DNA of 64,000 nt from Malacoraja senta (lineage: Eukaryota). Shown in pieces: positions 1 to 12,552 of this stretch (positions are counted from its first letter, which is position 1; every line of letters begins with the position of its first letter). The notes beneath the pieces were generated by a model. It was given only the letters and a program-made list of their open reading frames with translations, was not told where the DNA came from and made no database searches. The position numbers and the translations under genes were made by a program. Where the stretch lies: assembly GCA_038087875.1 (NCBI GenBank), contig CM075990.1, forward strand, positions 8,310,001-8,374,000, written 5' to 3'.

Positions 1-67
1 GGCCAGGCAGTATCTCTGGAGGAAAGAACTACTCGCTGAGTTGCTCCAGCATTTTGAGTCTATCTTT
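1..67. mobile_element. Fragment of Penelope-derived terminal repeat (collapsed palindrome)
   Basis: cgctgagttgctccagcattttgagtctatc matches the repeat that follows GIY-YIG C-termini at 50848-51189 and 51430-51856. Confidence 0.6.
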
Positions 68-379
68 GCATTATGTTTTGGGTTGGGATTTAATATTTTG
101 ATACTCTTTTGGATTAGGAACGTCAATCTAAGTGGGGAAAGGACATGGGTCCGGCTCGATACATAACTGCCAAACTTAAAGTTGTAATGAGGAAGTTTTA
201 TTATATCAAGAGTGATATAACGTATACAGAGATTGTGCATTCTGGTCTTAAACAAGGCAAACCAGCTGGAAGTAATGAAAGGCGCCATCTCTTGCGGTCA
301 GGGTTCAGCTAGCGCTTGGTCAGACACATGTCTACCCTGTGATTCCTGGGATCCCAGAGGAAGAGGATTTCAGGGCTTG

Positions 380-563
380 AGTCTGAAGAGGGGTCTCGAT
401 CCGAAACGTTGCCTATTTCCTTCGCTCCATAAGTCTGAAGAAGGGTCTCGACCCAAAATGTTGCCTATTTCCTTCGCTCTATAGATGCTGCCTCAGCCGC
501 TAAGTTTCTCCAGCATTTTTGTCTACCTTCGATTTTCCAGCATCTGCAGTTCCTTCTTAAACA
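380..563 (+). mobile_element. Penelope-like pLTR with tandem 52-bp hammerhead-motif duplication and ~35-nt tail
   Basis: Units 380-431 and 432-483, then gatgctgcctcagccgct...ccagcatctgcagttccttcttaaaca. Confidence 0.85.
383..410 (+). ncRNA. Minimal type I hammerhead ribozyme motif
   Basis: CTGAAGA-G-GGGT(CTCG)ATCC-GAAACGTT. Confidence 0.65.
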
Positions 564-1172
564 AATGAATGAAGGATATGCATTAAAGCCGTTCACAGCA
601 GCTCCACTTTAACACAGGGATCTCATGGAAAAGATTCATAGTGCAAACTTATTCAAAGGAGAAGATATTCCCACATTGGTTTGCAAGCGCAGGAAACCTT
701 TTCAATATTTCAACCCATCAACTTGTGTTTTTTTTTTCTCGTGTTGTCAGTGATAGCAGGCCATTAATAAATGATGATTTACATAGTCTGCAGCTGTGAA
801 TGCTGATCCCCAAATCAACGGCAAAGCCAGAGGCGGACACAGTGTTAGGTTTGCAGGTGAAGTCTACTGCACTTGGTGAAATGTAACCCACTAATCATCA
901 GTCCTAATCAATGGGTTTCATCTGCGTCAACTGAATAATCTATAATTATCTTTCACTAATCTGGTTTTCTTGATTCACGCTCCACATGCTCAGTAACCTA
1001 TGAACAATATTGACGTAAATTTTAAGCTGTTCCTTCAAGCTCCCGAGCAGTCGGCTTCTGAAAACCTACAGTTGCAAATTGACGATTTTTTTCAGCACCT
1101 TTCCTTCTTTCATTTTTTCCGTCTGCTCCATTCTGTCTGATTTCTTGTGGATCCTCCAGCCTAATATTGTCA

Positions 1173-1602
1173 CTGGCCTATATTCGTTGGAGTTTAGAAG
1201 AATGAGGGGGGACCCCATTGAAACGTATGGCGTAGTGAAAGGCTTGGACAGAGTGGATGTGGAGACGATGTTTCCACTCGTGGGAGAGTCTAGGACTAGA
1301 GGTCATAGCCTCAGAATTAAAGGACGTTCCTTTAGGAAGGAGATGAGGAGGAATTTATTTTGTCCGAGGGTGGTGAATCTGTGGAATTCTTTGCCACTGA
1401 AGGCTGTGGAGGCAAAGTCAGTGGATATATTTAAGGCAGAGATAGATAGATTCTTGATTAATATAGGTGTCAGAGGTTATGGGGAGAAGGCAGGAGAATG
1501 GGGTTAAGATAAGAGGGAGAGATAGATCAGCCATGATTGAATGGCGGAGTAGATTTGATGGGCCAAATGGCCTAATCCTACTCCTATTACTTATGACCTT
1601 AT
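1173..1602 (+). mobile_element. CR1 LINE 3' fragment
   Basis: LYSLEFRRMRGD...TRGHSLRIKG...RVVNLWNSLP ORF2 C-terminus plus 3' UTR, homologous to the 12962-14698 ORF. Confidence 0.9.
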
Positions 1603-1667
1603 ATATACACACATACAGATATACTGAGCTTATTTGTTATTAATTATGGTGTTTATGGTGTCTTGTT

Positions 1668-1917
1668 ATGGTGTCTTGTAGCGGCTCGTACGAATAAAAA
1701 GTAAAAATAATTTTCATCACAGGTATTTTTTTTACTCGTGGACATTTTTTACATGGATGAAAAACGTCACGAGTTTACCGGATGTCCCGAGTACCTACCG
1801 TTAGCATTACGAGCCGCTACGAGACATCCACAAACTCCTACCGACCCGCTACGGACATTCTCCGAGTTCGAATCAGGGGAGAACTCGTGAATTACCTCGT
1901 ACAGTGGGACAGCGCCT
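1668..1917. mobile_element. One-ended MITE of the agggcctgtcccact-TIR family
   Basis: Ends agtgggacagcgcct|taa; internal sequence resembles 28700-29007. Confidence 0.75.
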
Positions 1918-2064
1918 TAAAGTCTTTCCACAATGCCCTCCACATCAGTCTTGCAAATTCTTGCAGAATGTATGTGTAATTTCTGTACAGGTTACGTATA
2001 ATTTTGTGTGTTTGAATCAATGTGCCTGTGATGCTGTTGCAAGCATGATTTTCATTGTACCTCA

Positions 2065-2309
2065 GGGCAGCATGGTGGTGCCGTGGTAGAGTTGCTGCCT
2101 TACAGCGCTTACAGCGGCAGCGATCCGAGTTCTACGGGTGCAGTCTGTACGGAGTTTGTACGTTCTCCCCGTGCCCGTTGGGTTTTCTCTGAGATCTTTG
2201 GTTTCCTCCAACACTCCAAAGACCTACAGGTTTGCAGGTTAATCGGGTTGGACGCGGTGGGCCGAAGGGCCTGTTTCCGCGCTGTATCTCTAAACTAAAC
2301 TAAACTAAA
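2065..2309 (+). mobile_element. HE1-type tRNA-derived SINE (internally deleted)
   Basis: tRNA-like head, gtttgtacgttctccccgtg core, gggcctgtttccgcgctgtatctc(taaac)n tail. Confidence 0.85.
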
Positions 2310-3140
2310 GACTTTACTTGAGTGTTTCAGATTGCGGAATCGAATTGAGCATTCCAGATTTCACAACAGCAAACGGTTCCAGGGAAGAGCTTGCTTTTCC
2401 ACAATGTTTCAGGACTCCCAACGCATGTCACTGCTGCTGAAGTCTAGATTCTGTTGTAGTGTAGGACTAATGCTACTGGGATAACCGCATCTCATGATTT
2501 ACAACACTGCCTGCTGTTCTGCTGGGTTTGTCACTTGATGTACTTCTCCATGTTGGCCCATAATTAATCCCATTCCAATACATGGTCCCTGCCCACTTGT
2601 TACGGCTCCGTCAGTCTGATCTTGAAAAGTCCAATATATTGCAGCTCACATCAAAAAGTTAACACAATGTAGTTGTATCCTTTTGACCATTGTTTGAAGT
2701 GCTCCCTTGTGAAGCATTTACGAGATTGTTAATAATGAGCGTGTGTTTATATCATGTTCTCATTAATTTCTGCTTTTGAACTCAGCTTGTTCTTGTGTTT
2801 CAAGACAACCTCTGATTAATTCTGCTCATTCGCTATTGCGCTTGTTCCTTCCTGATAAGTCATATTTTATTCATCAGTACTTTTCTCACGTCTTCTCCGC
2901 AGAGGGGTCAACCATGTTCTTTGAGAGGTGAGAAAGTAGAGTCCAAGACCTATTTAGTAGGGAAGCATTGAATTCTGAGAACAGAATGACTCAAGGGGAG
3001 AAGTGAAGAATAAATAATATGAAATCCCTGCTGTTAAAACGTGATATTTGGTCTTCTTTGTTGGGCTGTTTTTGAAATTTTTACAAAATACACTTTTTGT
3101 CATTGTAAATTTCTTCTATGAACATGGTGAAATAATATTT

Positions 3141-3865
3141 GTGCAGGAAGGAACTGCAGAGCTGGTTTACATTTAAGATAGCCACATAAGGCTTGGATAG
3201 AGTGGATGTTTCCATTAATGGGAGTAGCACGAGAGATCATAGCCTCAGAATTAAAGGACATTCTTTAAGGAAGGAGATGAGGAGGAATTTCGTTAGACGG
3301 AGGGCAGTGAATCTGTGGAATTATTTGCCAGAAAAGGCTGTGGAGGCCAAGTCAGTGGATATTTTTAAGGCAGAGAGATAGATTCTTGATTAGTACGGGT
3401 GTCAGAGATTATGGGGAGAAGGCAGGAGAATGGGGTTAGTAGTGAAAGATAGATCCGCCATGATTGAATGGCGGAGTAGACTTGATGGGCCGATTGGCCT
3501 AATTCTGCTCCTATCACTTATGATCTTATGAAAATGCTGTAGTAACTCAGTGGAACAGGCAGCATCTCTAGATAGAAGGAATGGATGATGTTTCGGTTTG
3601 AGACCCTTCATCAGACCGAGTCAGGGGAGAGGGAGAAACAGAGATAAAGTATGTAAGGTGTGAAAATGAGACATCAAAGGGGACGAGGTCCAAGGAAAAT
3701 GTAGAATAGATCATTGTTAGTTAGGGGAAGGTGACAATGAAGCACACAGATTGAAAAATGTAACCCTGGGGGGCGGTGAGACTGGTCGGAGGACTAGGAT
3801 GGTGGAGGGATGGAGAGAGAGGGGAAGCAAGGGTTACTTGATGTTAGAGGAGTCGATATTCATAG
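3141..3865 (-). mobile_element. Penelope-like 3' end (GIY-YIG terminus MNIDSSNIK*, 3' UTR, degenerate hammerhead, tail)
   Basis: Reverse strand reads atgaatatcgactcctctaacatcaagtaa and ctgatgaagggtctcaaaccgaaacatc; 10-bp TSD aataatattt at 3131-3140 and 3866-3875. Confidence 0.85.
3189..3530 (+). mobile_element. CR1 3' fragment nested in the Penelope pLTR
   Basis: HSLRIKG...VNLWNYLP plus 3' UTR; the pLTR resumes at 3531. Confidence 0.9.
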
Positions 3866-3909
3866 AATAATATTTATTTTTTGGAAAAGTCAGCTTTTAT
3901 TATGCATCC

Positions 3910-4270
3910 TTGCTTACCCTTCAGAAGGTAGTGGTGGTGAGGCAACATCTTGAACCATTGCAGCACATGTGGAGAAGAAGGTTCACCCTGCAGTGCTGTT
4001 GGTGTGAGCCTCGGAGATTTTGATCCAGTGACAATGAAGGGATGCTGATTAATTTCCTCATCAGGACAGAGGGAACGTTACAGGAGATGGTGTTTGTGCC
4101 AACCTGCTGTTTTCATGGGGAGGGGGCTCGAGGTAGTGGGGGTTGGGAGGTGCCAAGGCTTGGGGATTTGTGCAGAGGCCCACCGCAGTCACAGCGGGGT
4201 AATGTACCACCACTGCTTTCTGCCATGCCGTGCCTCTTCCATAGCCATTCTCATTTCACCTTGTGTTTTG
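3910..4270. repeat. Old interspersed repeat, probably LINE-derived
   Basis: Degenerate similarity to 59985-60717 (ccct..agaag.tggt..tga...cttcttgaacc...cagtgctgttgg). Confidence 0.45.
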
Positions 4271-5149
4271 AAGGTGCTTCTGACAGGCAAGTATGCAGAG
4301 GCTAGAGGTCCTAACTTTGCGAGGAATGTATTCTGTTACATTCCTGCCTTGCAATGTGTGTAAAATCTCACCAAGGGACACCCAACCCCTCACCTTTACT
4401 TTGAACCATTATATTTCAGATCCATGTCGACCCCTGGGATGTTAAAGGGGAGATTAGATAGTTGTATTTGTACGAAGCATCAAAGTGAAGTGGCTAACTC
4501 GATTTTGCATGGCACGTGTGACACGTATTACATGACACACATGGCATGCATTACACAACACATATGGCTTGGCAATGAGCTTTGCTGGATGGAAGCAAAG
4601 GTTGGAGTTGTGCATAGTCAATATCATTATGCAATGAACAGTGAGGCTCCCCACCTCTGATCTTATGATGGGGGGGGGGAAGTGCAATTAGTGAAGCAAC
4701 TCAGAATGTTGGGCCCTTGAATGTCCTGCGGCACTCCAAACAGGGATTCATTTTCATCGTGCCAACCTCTCCACACTCCCCCTTGAGGACAATCTGCCGG
4801 CTCTTTTCTTCCTCGAAGCTCAACTATTTCCCCTCGCCGCCACTCACTTTCACCCGACCAAGCAAGTTCTCACGTGGAACAACCTCTTTAGAGCCGCAGA
4901 ATTCCTCCAAACAAACTCTGAAGCCCGTGGAGCCAGTATGGGTCCAAATGAAGTCTGGATGTTTGTGGCATGTGTGGAACATTCCTTGAATCATATTTAA
5001 CATTCATATATGATGTGGGAGGAAACTATTCAGACCATTGTCAATTTCATATCTTGGAACTATCCCATTCACCCCCATCTTTCCCTGTAGCTCATTCTCT
5101 CATGCCAGCCCATTCCTGTAATATTTTTCATCTACCTACACAAGAGGTA

Positions 5150-5309
5150 TAGTTTAGTTTCGAGATACAGCGCGGAAACAGGCCCTTCTGCCCACTGGGT
5201 CCTTGCCGACCAGTGATCCCCACATATCAACACTATCCCACGCACACTAGGGACAATATTTTACATTTACCAAGCCAATTTACCTACATATCTGATCGTC
5301 TTTGGAGTG
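5150..5309 (-). mobile_element. HE1-type SINE 3' half
   Basis: tagtttagtttcgagatacagcgcggaaacaggccc... Confidence 0.85.
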
Positions 5310-5542
5310 GTAATGAATAGTGGCGACCAGCCTGCCAGCTGGCATGCCTGTGCGATGGGTTAAATAACTTTGTCTTTGTGTTCATCTCATCCTATTTATA
5401 TCTCCCCTGACTTCACCTCTCTCTGTCACTCTTCCCCAATCGCCTTTTTTTCCCCCACCAAAACTCTACTGCGTTCCACCTTATCACAGACCTCCTTGCT
5501 TTGCACCACGGAACATGGTTTAATGCTAGCAATCTGAAGAAG

Positions 5543-7229
5543 CAGGGGCGGTGTGGTGTGGGACATACCCCCCAAGTTTTTGTGCTCCGGATTTTAAAAT
5601 CTCCGCTTTCCGCGAGACAGTTGGGGCGGGACTGATGATCGAGGGCGCTGATTGGACGAGAGAGACGTCGGTCAGCAGGCAATGGGGGCGGGACATGATT
5701 CAGCGCGATGATTGGAGGAGGGAGACATGGCACAGACCTGCGCATCATCCGCAGGCAGGATCGATCCCGGCCGGGTCTCCGGCGCTGTCCCGTCCCCACC
5801 CGAGTACCCCCCCCCCAAGGGTGGCCAGAGGTCGGCAGCAAAGATCTTCCGCTATAGGATCTTTGGTCGGCAGTCAGACGGGCCAGCGCAGAGAAGCAGC
5901 GCTAAACCTAGGTATGTTACAATACTTACCTTCAGCGGTGCTGCAATTCTGCCACTGGCCGTGTGCGCGATTTTGGCGCTTTTAAGGGGGGGGGGGCGGG
6001 GTTAAAATGCGGGTTTCTCGTACCTTGTCCTGAATTATATTTCGTTGGAGTGCAAGCGTTTGCTGAAAAATCGTTCCGACCGGCGTTTTGTGTATTTTTT
6101 ATTTTTATTCGATCGACAATTTCAGCGCTGGAGTCATTTTAAAATCAGCTTCGAAAGCCGTCAACGCCGACAACGGGGACGGATTTCACACACGGGACAG
6201 GTAAACAAAAGCAGTATATTTTTCATAATAAAAGTGCTTCTTAAGAAGCCTTTAATTCACATTTTTTAATGCGAAACGGTAATTCTTTTCCCCGAACTAA
6301 CGGCAGAAATTTTCATGCCGATACGGGGTTAAATTCACTGCAAATCAATGTTCCAATTGATCGCATTCCAGAAAAACCCACTCGCAAGATGATTTAAATG
6401 CCCATTAATTTACAGGTATTAAACATTAAATTCCTTCCATTTGGCCTGTAAATCCATGACAATGAGATTTAAAATTTATGTTATATTGTGAATTCTTGTG
6501 TGAATGTTATTTGGACACAGGCTATTTAAAAATGTTAATCTATTCTTAAGAAATTGATAGATGTTTAGATCTAGTAATTGAATTTTGTAATTAGCTACAA
6601 TTAGGTAACTAACTAATTATATGCTTTAATTTCATGTCTTCTAAGTAAGATTGTTTCATATTTGTTTCAGAATGCTTCAATCTATAATAACTGAAAATTT
6701 CTTTCAGTTCTCTTAATTTTTAAGAAAGTTATGGGCTTTTGACTGTCCTCGATCACAGCTTTTGTGTTAAGTCAATGGAAAAGCAATAGGGAACAAGATG
6801 CTAATTTCCGAGTATGAAAATGGCCATACCTTTTTTAATACTGAAGATATGAAAGTGAATTAGGTGTCAAATTAAACTTCTTTTTATGCTTTATCTGATG
6901 GGATAAATTACAGACTTTATTTTTAAAATCTCAAAATTTTGTAACATTGCTACTAAACCCAGCTAACTCCGCCTGTCCCGCCAGGTGAGCTTACAACCCT
7001 TCCTGGACTTGCGGGAAATATGGCCAGCGCGGAGAAGCAGCGCTGGTGTCCCGTCAGTCCAGGCAGGGCTGTAGTTAACCCAATGAGACAGGCAGTTGAG
7101 CTGCATTTGGCGCTGGATTGAGCCTCCGAAGCCTCGCGCGCGTGTGTGTGTGAGTGCGCATGCGCGCGTGGCCGCCAAAAAATTGTGTCCCCCGTCCCCT
7201 CCATGTTTTGATAGCAATTTCCGCTCTTG
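5543..7229. mobile_element. Non-autonomous hAT-like DNA transposon
   Basis: Termini caggggcgg / ccgctcttg; perfect 8-bp TSD tgaagaag (5535-5542, 7230-7237); CpG-rich. Confidence 0.8.
5909..6952. mobile_element. Second hAT-like element nested in the first
   Basis: TIR taggtatgttacaa / ttgtaacattgcta (12/14); direct repeat ctaaacc at 5902-5908 and 6953-6959. Confidence 0.75.
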
Positions 7230-7322
7230 TGAAGAAGGGTCTTGACCTGAAACGTCACCCGTTCCTTCTCCCCAGAGATGCTGCCTGTCCCGCTTTGTTA
7301 CTCCAGCTTTTTGTGTCTATCT
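7230..7322 (+). mobile_element. Downstream half of the Penelope pLTR/hammerhead split by the hAT insertion
   Basis: tgaagaagggtcttgacctgaaacgtcacccgttccttctccccagagatgctgcc... Confidence 0.8.
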
Positions 7323-7882
7323 ATGGTGTACCTCCACTTTCCTCTGGCTCTGATGACAGTTCAGCACTGATGAGTGGTTCCGAGTGGGTGAACGACAAAT
7401 AGTTTCAGAATGTATCTCCGTTAAGACTTGGAAGGCAAAATGCGGACTTTTTTGTTTCTTGGAGCTGACAAGTAAAAATCCATCGCACAGAGAAATGTGC
7501 AGGACTGCAACGTGTGCAGCATGTGAAATGGGCAATTTTCCCTCTAGGGTGTCCTCCCCCACCTTTGCAGTTGGAATGAAGGGTTCCCAAGGGTTCCAAT
7601 CTGTTCTATTTGCATTGCTGGAGACTCCAGTAGCCCCCAAGGATTGCACATTAGGAGAGAAGATTGCAACATCATCTTTGCTTTTAAGATCCAAGTCCCT
7701 GTGTACATTACAATTTTATTTTTCCAATCTGGAGCCAATGGCAAATGGCTTCTTGTTTATTGTAACATAATGTGAGAGGCAGAACCAACTAAAGGCCCTG
7801 TGGCCCTTATACCAACAGTGGCACATATTAATATCATGGCCAGGTTGTTTTTGTGAGGTTGGTTGAAGGAGGGATATTGCTT

Positions 7883-7936
7883 CTCTCCATAGATGCTGCC
7901 TCACCCGCTGAGTTTCTCCAGCATTTTTGTCTACCT
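7883..7936 (+). mobile_element. Very short Penelope pLTR insertion without hammerhead
   Basis: ctccatagatgctgcctcacccgctgagtttctccagcatttttgtctacc flanked by ttgctt/ttgctt. Confidence 0.7.
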
Positions 7937-7977
7937 TTGCTTAAGATGAGGATAACTTTTGTGCTCTTCAAAATACC

Positions 7978-8310
7978 TTAGTTTAGTTTAGAGATACAGC
8001 GCGGAAACAGGCCCTTCCTCCCACTGAGTCCACTCTGACCAGCAATCCCTGACCACCGACACTATCCTACACACACACTAGGGACAATTTACAATTTTAC
8101 CAAGCCAATTAACCTATAAACCTGTACGTCCATGGAGTGTGGGATGCAACCGGAGCGTCTGGGGAAAACCCAGGCAGGCCACGGGGAGAACGTATAAACT
8201 CCATACATGGTTAGAATTGAACACAGGTCGCTGTTTCGTTCAGACCGAAAGGTCTGAATGACATTAAAGGAATCTATCTATCTGGTGCCATAAGGCCGTG
8301 GCACTGTACT
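7978..8310 (-). mobile_element. HE1-type SINE
   Basis: Reverse-strand match to the other copies. Confidence 0.85.
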
Positions 8311-9359
8311 ACCCCTTGAACTAATTGAAACATAAACATCAGAAATAGAAGCAAGTGGAAGTCATTTGGCCTCTCATGGTTATTCAGCAGGAAAATGGTT
8401 AATATTTTACCTCAGCACCATTTTATTTTGCCAACCCTCTCTCTATCCTTCGACTCTCTTGGTATCTCAACCTCTAATTGATCTCTGCCTTGTACAAAGT
8501 CGGTGACTGATCCTCCATCACTGTCTTCGGTCAAGAACCAAAACCAAGTGGTGTGGTCCAAGAGATAGCTTTGAAATGCAATCTTCAATTTAGATAGAGA
8601 TGGCAAATTAAAGTCGAGTTTTCAGATTCCCACTGAAGGTTTGGGCACATGTGTCTTTTTGTTCAGATTTGGGTTTTTTTCTGAATGAGTTGGCCTGCGT
8701 GGTTCCAGGTATTGTGTGGCTTAAAGAAATGTAACCTAGTGGAAGAAATTTAAGAACATTCTGGTTCACATTCAGAGGACATATTCTGCCTGCTCTTGAA
8801 CAATCCTTTGATAAAACTGAATAATCACATCTGTCTAGGTTGAGTTTGAATCATATCCGTTGGGTGCTTGATACATTAAGCCACTAAATCCCCATTCCTC
8901 CGAAATTAAAATTAAATTAATGAACTGTTTAACTATATTATTGTGTGTTCTTTAATTGTAACTGTGATAACATTATGGAAACAGGGTGGAATACAAAGGT
9001 CCAGATGTCACAAGTATGTTTGCCTCTTAGGTGCATTATATTTGCCAGCTCCCAGTACACTCTCATTGTTCAGTGACAAGGATTAAGGTAATAACACCAA
9101 TAGAATTATCTCCCTTTCTTATCCCCCGCTATTCTGTAGGAGTTTTTACAAAGCATGTTCGTGACTGCTTTTCGTGCCATCCTGTGTTCTCTTTTCTGAA
9201 TCCTGCCCAGCTCAGCCTTGTGTTCATTCAGGGGACGTGGTCCTTGGTGACTCGGTCAATATATATTATGAATGCGTGGCAGTCTGTACAAGTGGCTAAT
9301 TTTCTGTGACTGTAGAGGATGGTTGAGAGTTAACCGCGTTGCTGTGGATCTGTGCTGCC

Positions 9360-9590
9360 AAGAAGGGCAGGCAAGGGTACGGGTGTTAAGATTGTCCTCC
9401 CTTAATGACAGCGTTTAACAATCCTGCCGTTTCAAGGTCACCATCACTTTACTATTTTTTCTATATTCGAGATTTATTTAATTATCTAATTTCAGCTCCC
9501 CAGCGCCCATGGTTGGGTTTAATCACAAGTCTCAGGTCACTAGTGCTGGATCCTGGATTTTAGTGCAGTAATGAGACCTACAGTGCTACC
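9360..9590 (-). repeat. Old SINE-like repeat
   Basis: Degenerate similarity to 26770-27170 and, in opposite orientation, 53680-53880. Confidence 0.4.
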
Positions 9591-9679
9591 AATCTGATGC
9601 CTTAGAAGTACAATATAATTAGTGAGCCGGATAAACGTTGTTGTGTGTTTATTTATTGCAGCAATGATAACAATCTGCC

Positions 9680-10282
<603 letters not shown>

Positions 10283-10534
10283 ATCGTTCAGTGTTAAGCA
10301 GCACATTGCCTCGGTTAATGCGTAGACAGCTTGTAAACAGGAGATCAGAACATGGTGGACAGCACACTTTAATGATCTGGGAACATGATTTAAGAGCCTT
10401 TGATTAATTGAGAAAATATATATCCTTTATGCCAATAAAAATGTTAAAGGAACAAGCATTGAGCAGATGGTGGGTGCAAGGTGGTTGATACATGCAGCAC
10501 TGTGCTGCCCTTTATGGAGTGAAGGCGATGGTAT

Positions 10535-10880
10535 AAAAAACAAACTGCAGGAGGAACTCAGCCAGTTGAGCAGCATCTGTGGGGGAAGGAATTGTAGACA
10601 TTTTGAGTCAAGTTACTGCATCAGGACTGAGAGTGCGAGGCTGTGTAAAGAGGAGAGGGGGAATATTGGGACCAGTCAGTAGATGATGTGTGGACCGAGG
10701 GGTGGTGAATGGTAATGGGCGGATGAAGTCAGGTGGGGGAGGAAGAGTGGTGGAGTTGTCAGATGAGTGATAGGTGGACGGAGTCAAGGAGAAAAAAATG
10801 GGAGGTGGAACCTGGCGGAGGGAGGGGAGGGTGAAGGTGGAGACAGCTGGTGGTGGGTGATAAGCAGGAACACACACTAT
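10535..10880 (-). mobile_element. Old Penelope-like 3' UTR/pLTR
   Basis: gaggaactcagc...gcagcatctgtg...gcatcaggactg; reverse strand has a decayed ctgatg..aaaatgtc motif. Confidence 0.55.
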
Positions 10881-11324
10881 GCCAGTGGTAAGGTGATAAA
10901 GAAGACACAAGGAATCTGCACCACTGACTGTGCTGCCCTTTTTGGAGTAAAGGTGCCGGTGTAATTCAGCAAGATAGGCAATGCCTTTGGAAGGAACGGA
11001 TAGGTGAAGTTTCAGGTCTTGGTTTCTTGGTCCTCCAAAATATTCCAAATGGATTTTAAACTGGAGGTCGATACCCATCTTTAGATTTGGGTGTTAATGG
11101 GAACCGTTAAGGGAGAGACGAGGGACAGATAGAACGAGTTGGGGAAGGGAATCCGATGGGTGAAATATGTGAGACATAGGCGGATGGAACCAGGAGGGAG
11201 AGGGAGGTGAAATTGGGTGATGGAGGTTCAAGGTGGGTGGGTGAGATGGGACTTGGAAAGGGAACAAAAAAAATGGGAATCGCAGATCAGAGAAAAAACT
11301 AAGGGAGAGTTGAAAGGGGAACAC

Positions 11325-11490
11325 AGGAGATAAGAAAGGAGCAGAGGGATTTAGACGTTCTTGGTGGGGAATGGAGGTGTATAAAGATTGGGCATCCATG
11401 GTGAAGATGAGGCAGTAGGGACCAGGGAATTAGAAGTTGTCAAAATGGTGGAGTGCATGTGAGGTGTCCAGATATGGTTGGGAAAGAGCT
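11325..11490 (-). pseudogene. Penelope-like reverse transcriptase fragment
   Basis: DTSHALHHFDNF*FPGPYCLIFTMDAQSLYTSIPHQ (PLE/telomerase-type DxxSLYTxIP motif) with a stop. Confidence 0.8.
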
Positions 11491-11572
11491 GTTTTTGGCT
11501 GTTAAGGAGCTGTTTTTGTGGCCTCTACAATGTTGAAAAGATCAGGGGAGTAAAAGGCCTGGAAGGATTGTC

Positions 11573-12215
11573 CAGTTCAGTTCAGTTCAGTTTTATTTGT
11601 CATATGTAGGTTAACACAGGGTCAACGGTACAATGAAATGTGTTAGACAGGACAACGGGTCACCTCAACAATGAAATTACAAGGATAAAAATAAGATTAA
11701 AAAAAGATAAGATAAAAGTGACATTGGTAGGTAAAAGACAATAATAAATAAAAAATAAAATAATCAACATATATGATGTGTTTATGAGTTCAGAAGCCTG
11801 ATGGCCTGATGGTAAAATCTGCTCGTAACTCTGGTGGTGCGTGCAGCCATGCTCCTATATCATCTGCCTGATGGTAACAAGGAGGACAGTCTGCGTATTG
11901 GGTGGCTGTGGTCCTTGATGATGTTATATGCCTTCCGCAGGTCTTCAGTCCAAGATCAAGGAGCTTGGGGACGAGTTTTGAGGGAATGATAGTGTTGAAT
12001 GCCGAGCTGTAGTCAATGAAGGGCATTCTCACACATGTATTCCCTTTGTCCAGGTGGGTGAGCGCAGGGTGTGTTGCCATGGCGATGGCATCGTCTGTGG
12101 CCCTGTTTGGTCTATAACGCAAACTGAAGAGGGTCCAAGGTGTCAGGGAGAGAGGAGCTGATGTGAGTTTTGACTAGTTGCTCAAAGCATTTCATGATGA
12201 CTGATGTCAGTGCAA
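11573..12215 (-). mobile_element. Rex1/Babar LINE, internally deleted
   Basis: ALTSVIMKCFE...[11 protein letters not shown]...[16 protein letters not shown] fused to C-terminal residues, 3' UTR and (ctgaa)n tail. Confidence 0.85.
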
Positions 12216-12376
12216 TTAAGGATAGTATTGAAGATGTAAGAAGGGATCATCAATGGGGTTGAGGACTCCTTGCCAAACAAATAGGATAGTTGGAGTAGAG
12301 TGGTTGATACATGGAGTGGGTGGTCGTTGCATACTGTGAAAGGGTTGATATGTGGTAGAACAGTTAAGTTAAGACT

Positions 12377-12547
12377 TAGACACAAATAGCTGGAGTAACT
12401 CAGCAGGTCAGTCAGCATCTCTGGAGAAAAGGCATACATGATGTTTCGGGACTCGACCCTTTTCTCCAGAGATACTGTCTGACCAGCTGAGTTACTCCAT
12501 CTTTTTGTGTCTATCTTCGGTTTAGACCAACACCTGCAGTTCCTTCC
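12377..12547. mobile_element. Palindromic Penelope-derived element
   Basis: tagacacaaa..ggagtaactcagc / gctgagttactcc..tttgtgtcta inverted arms plus tail. Confidence 0.8.
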
Positions 12548-12552
12548 GATAC

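Noticed and set aside
771..806. atgatga...ctga as a C/D snoRNA
   Set aside because: Only 36 nt and no terminal stem
5543..6200. CpG-rich stretch as a promoter island (also 17270-17500, 56300-56580)
   Set aside because: Lies inside TSD/TIR- or tail-defined transposons
7317..7770. 125-128 aa ORFs in unique DNA
   Set aside because: No recognisable domain and no convincing paired splice sites
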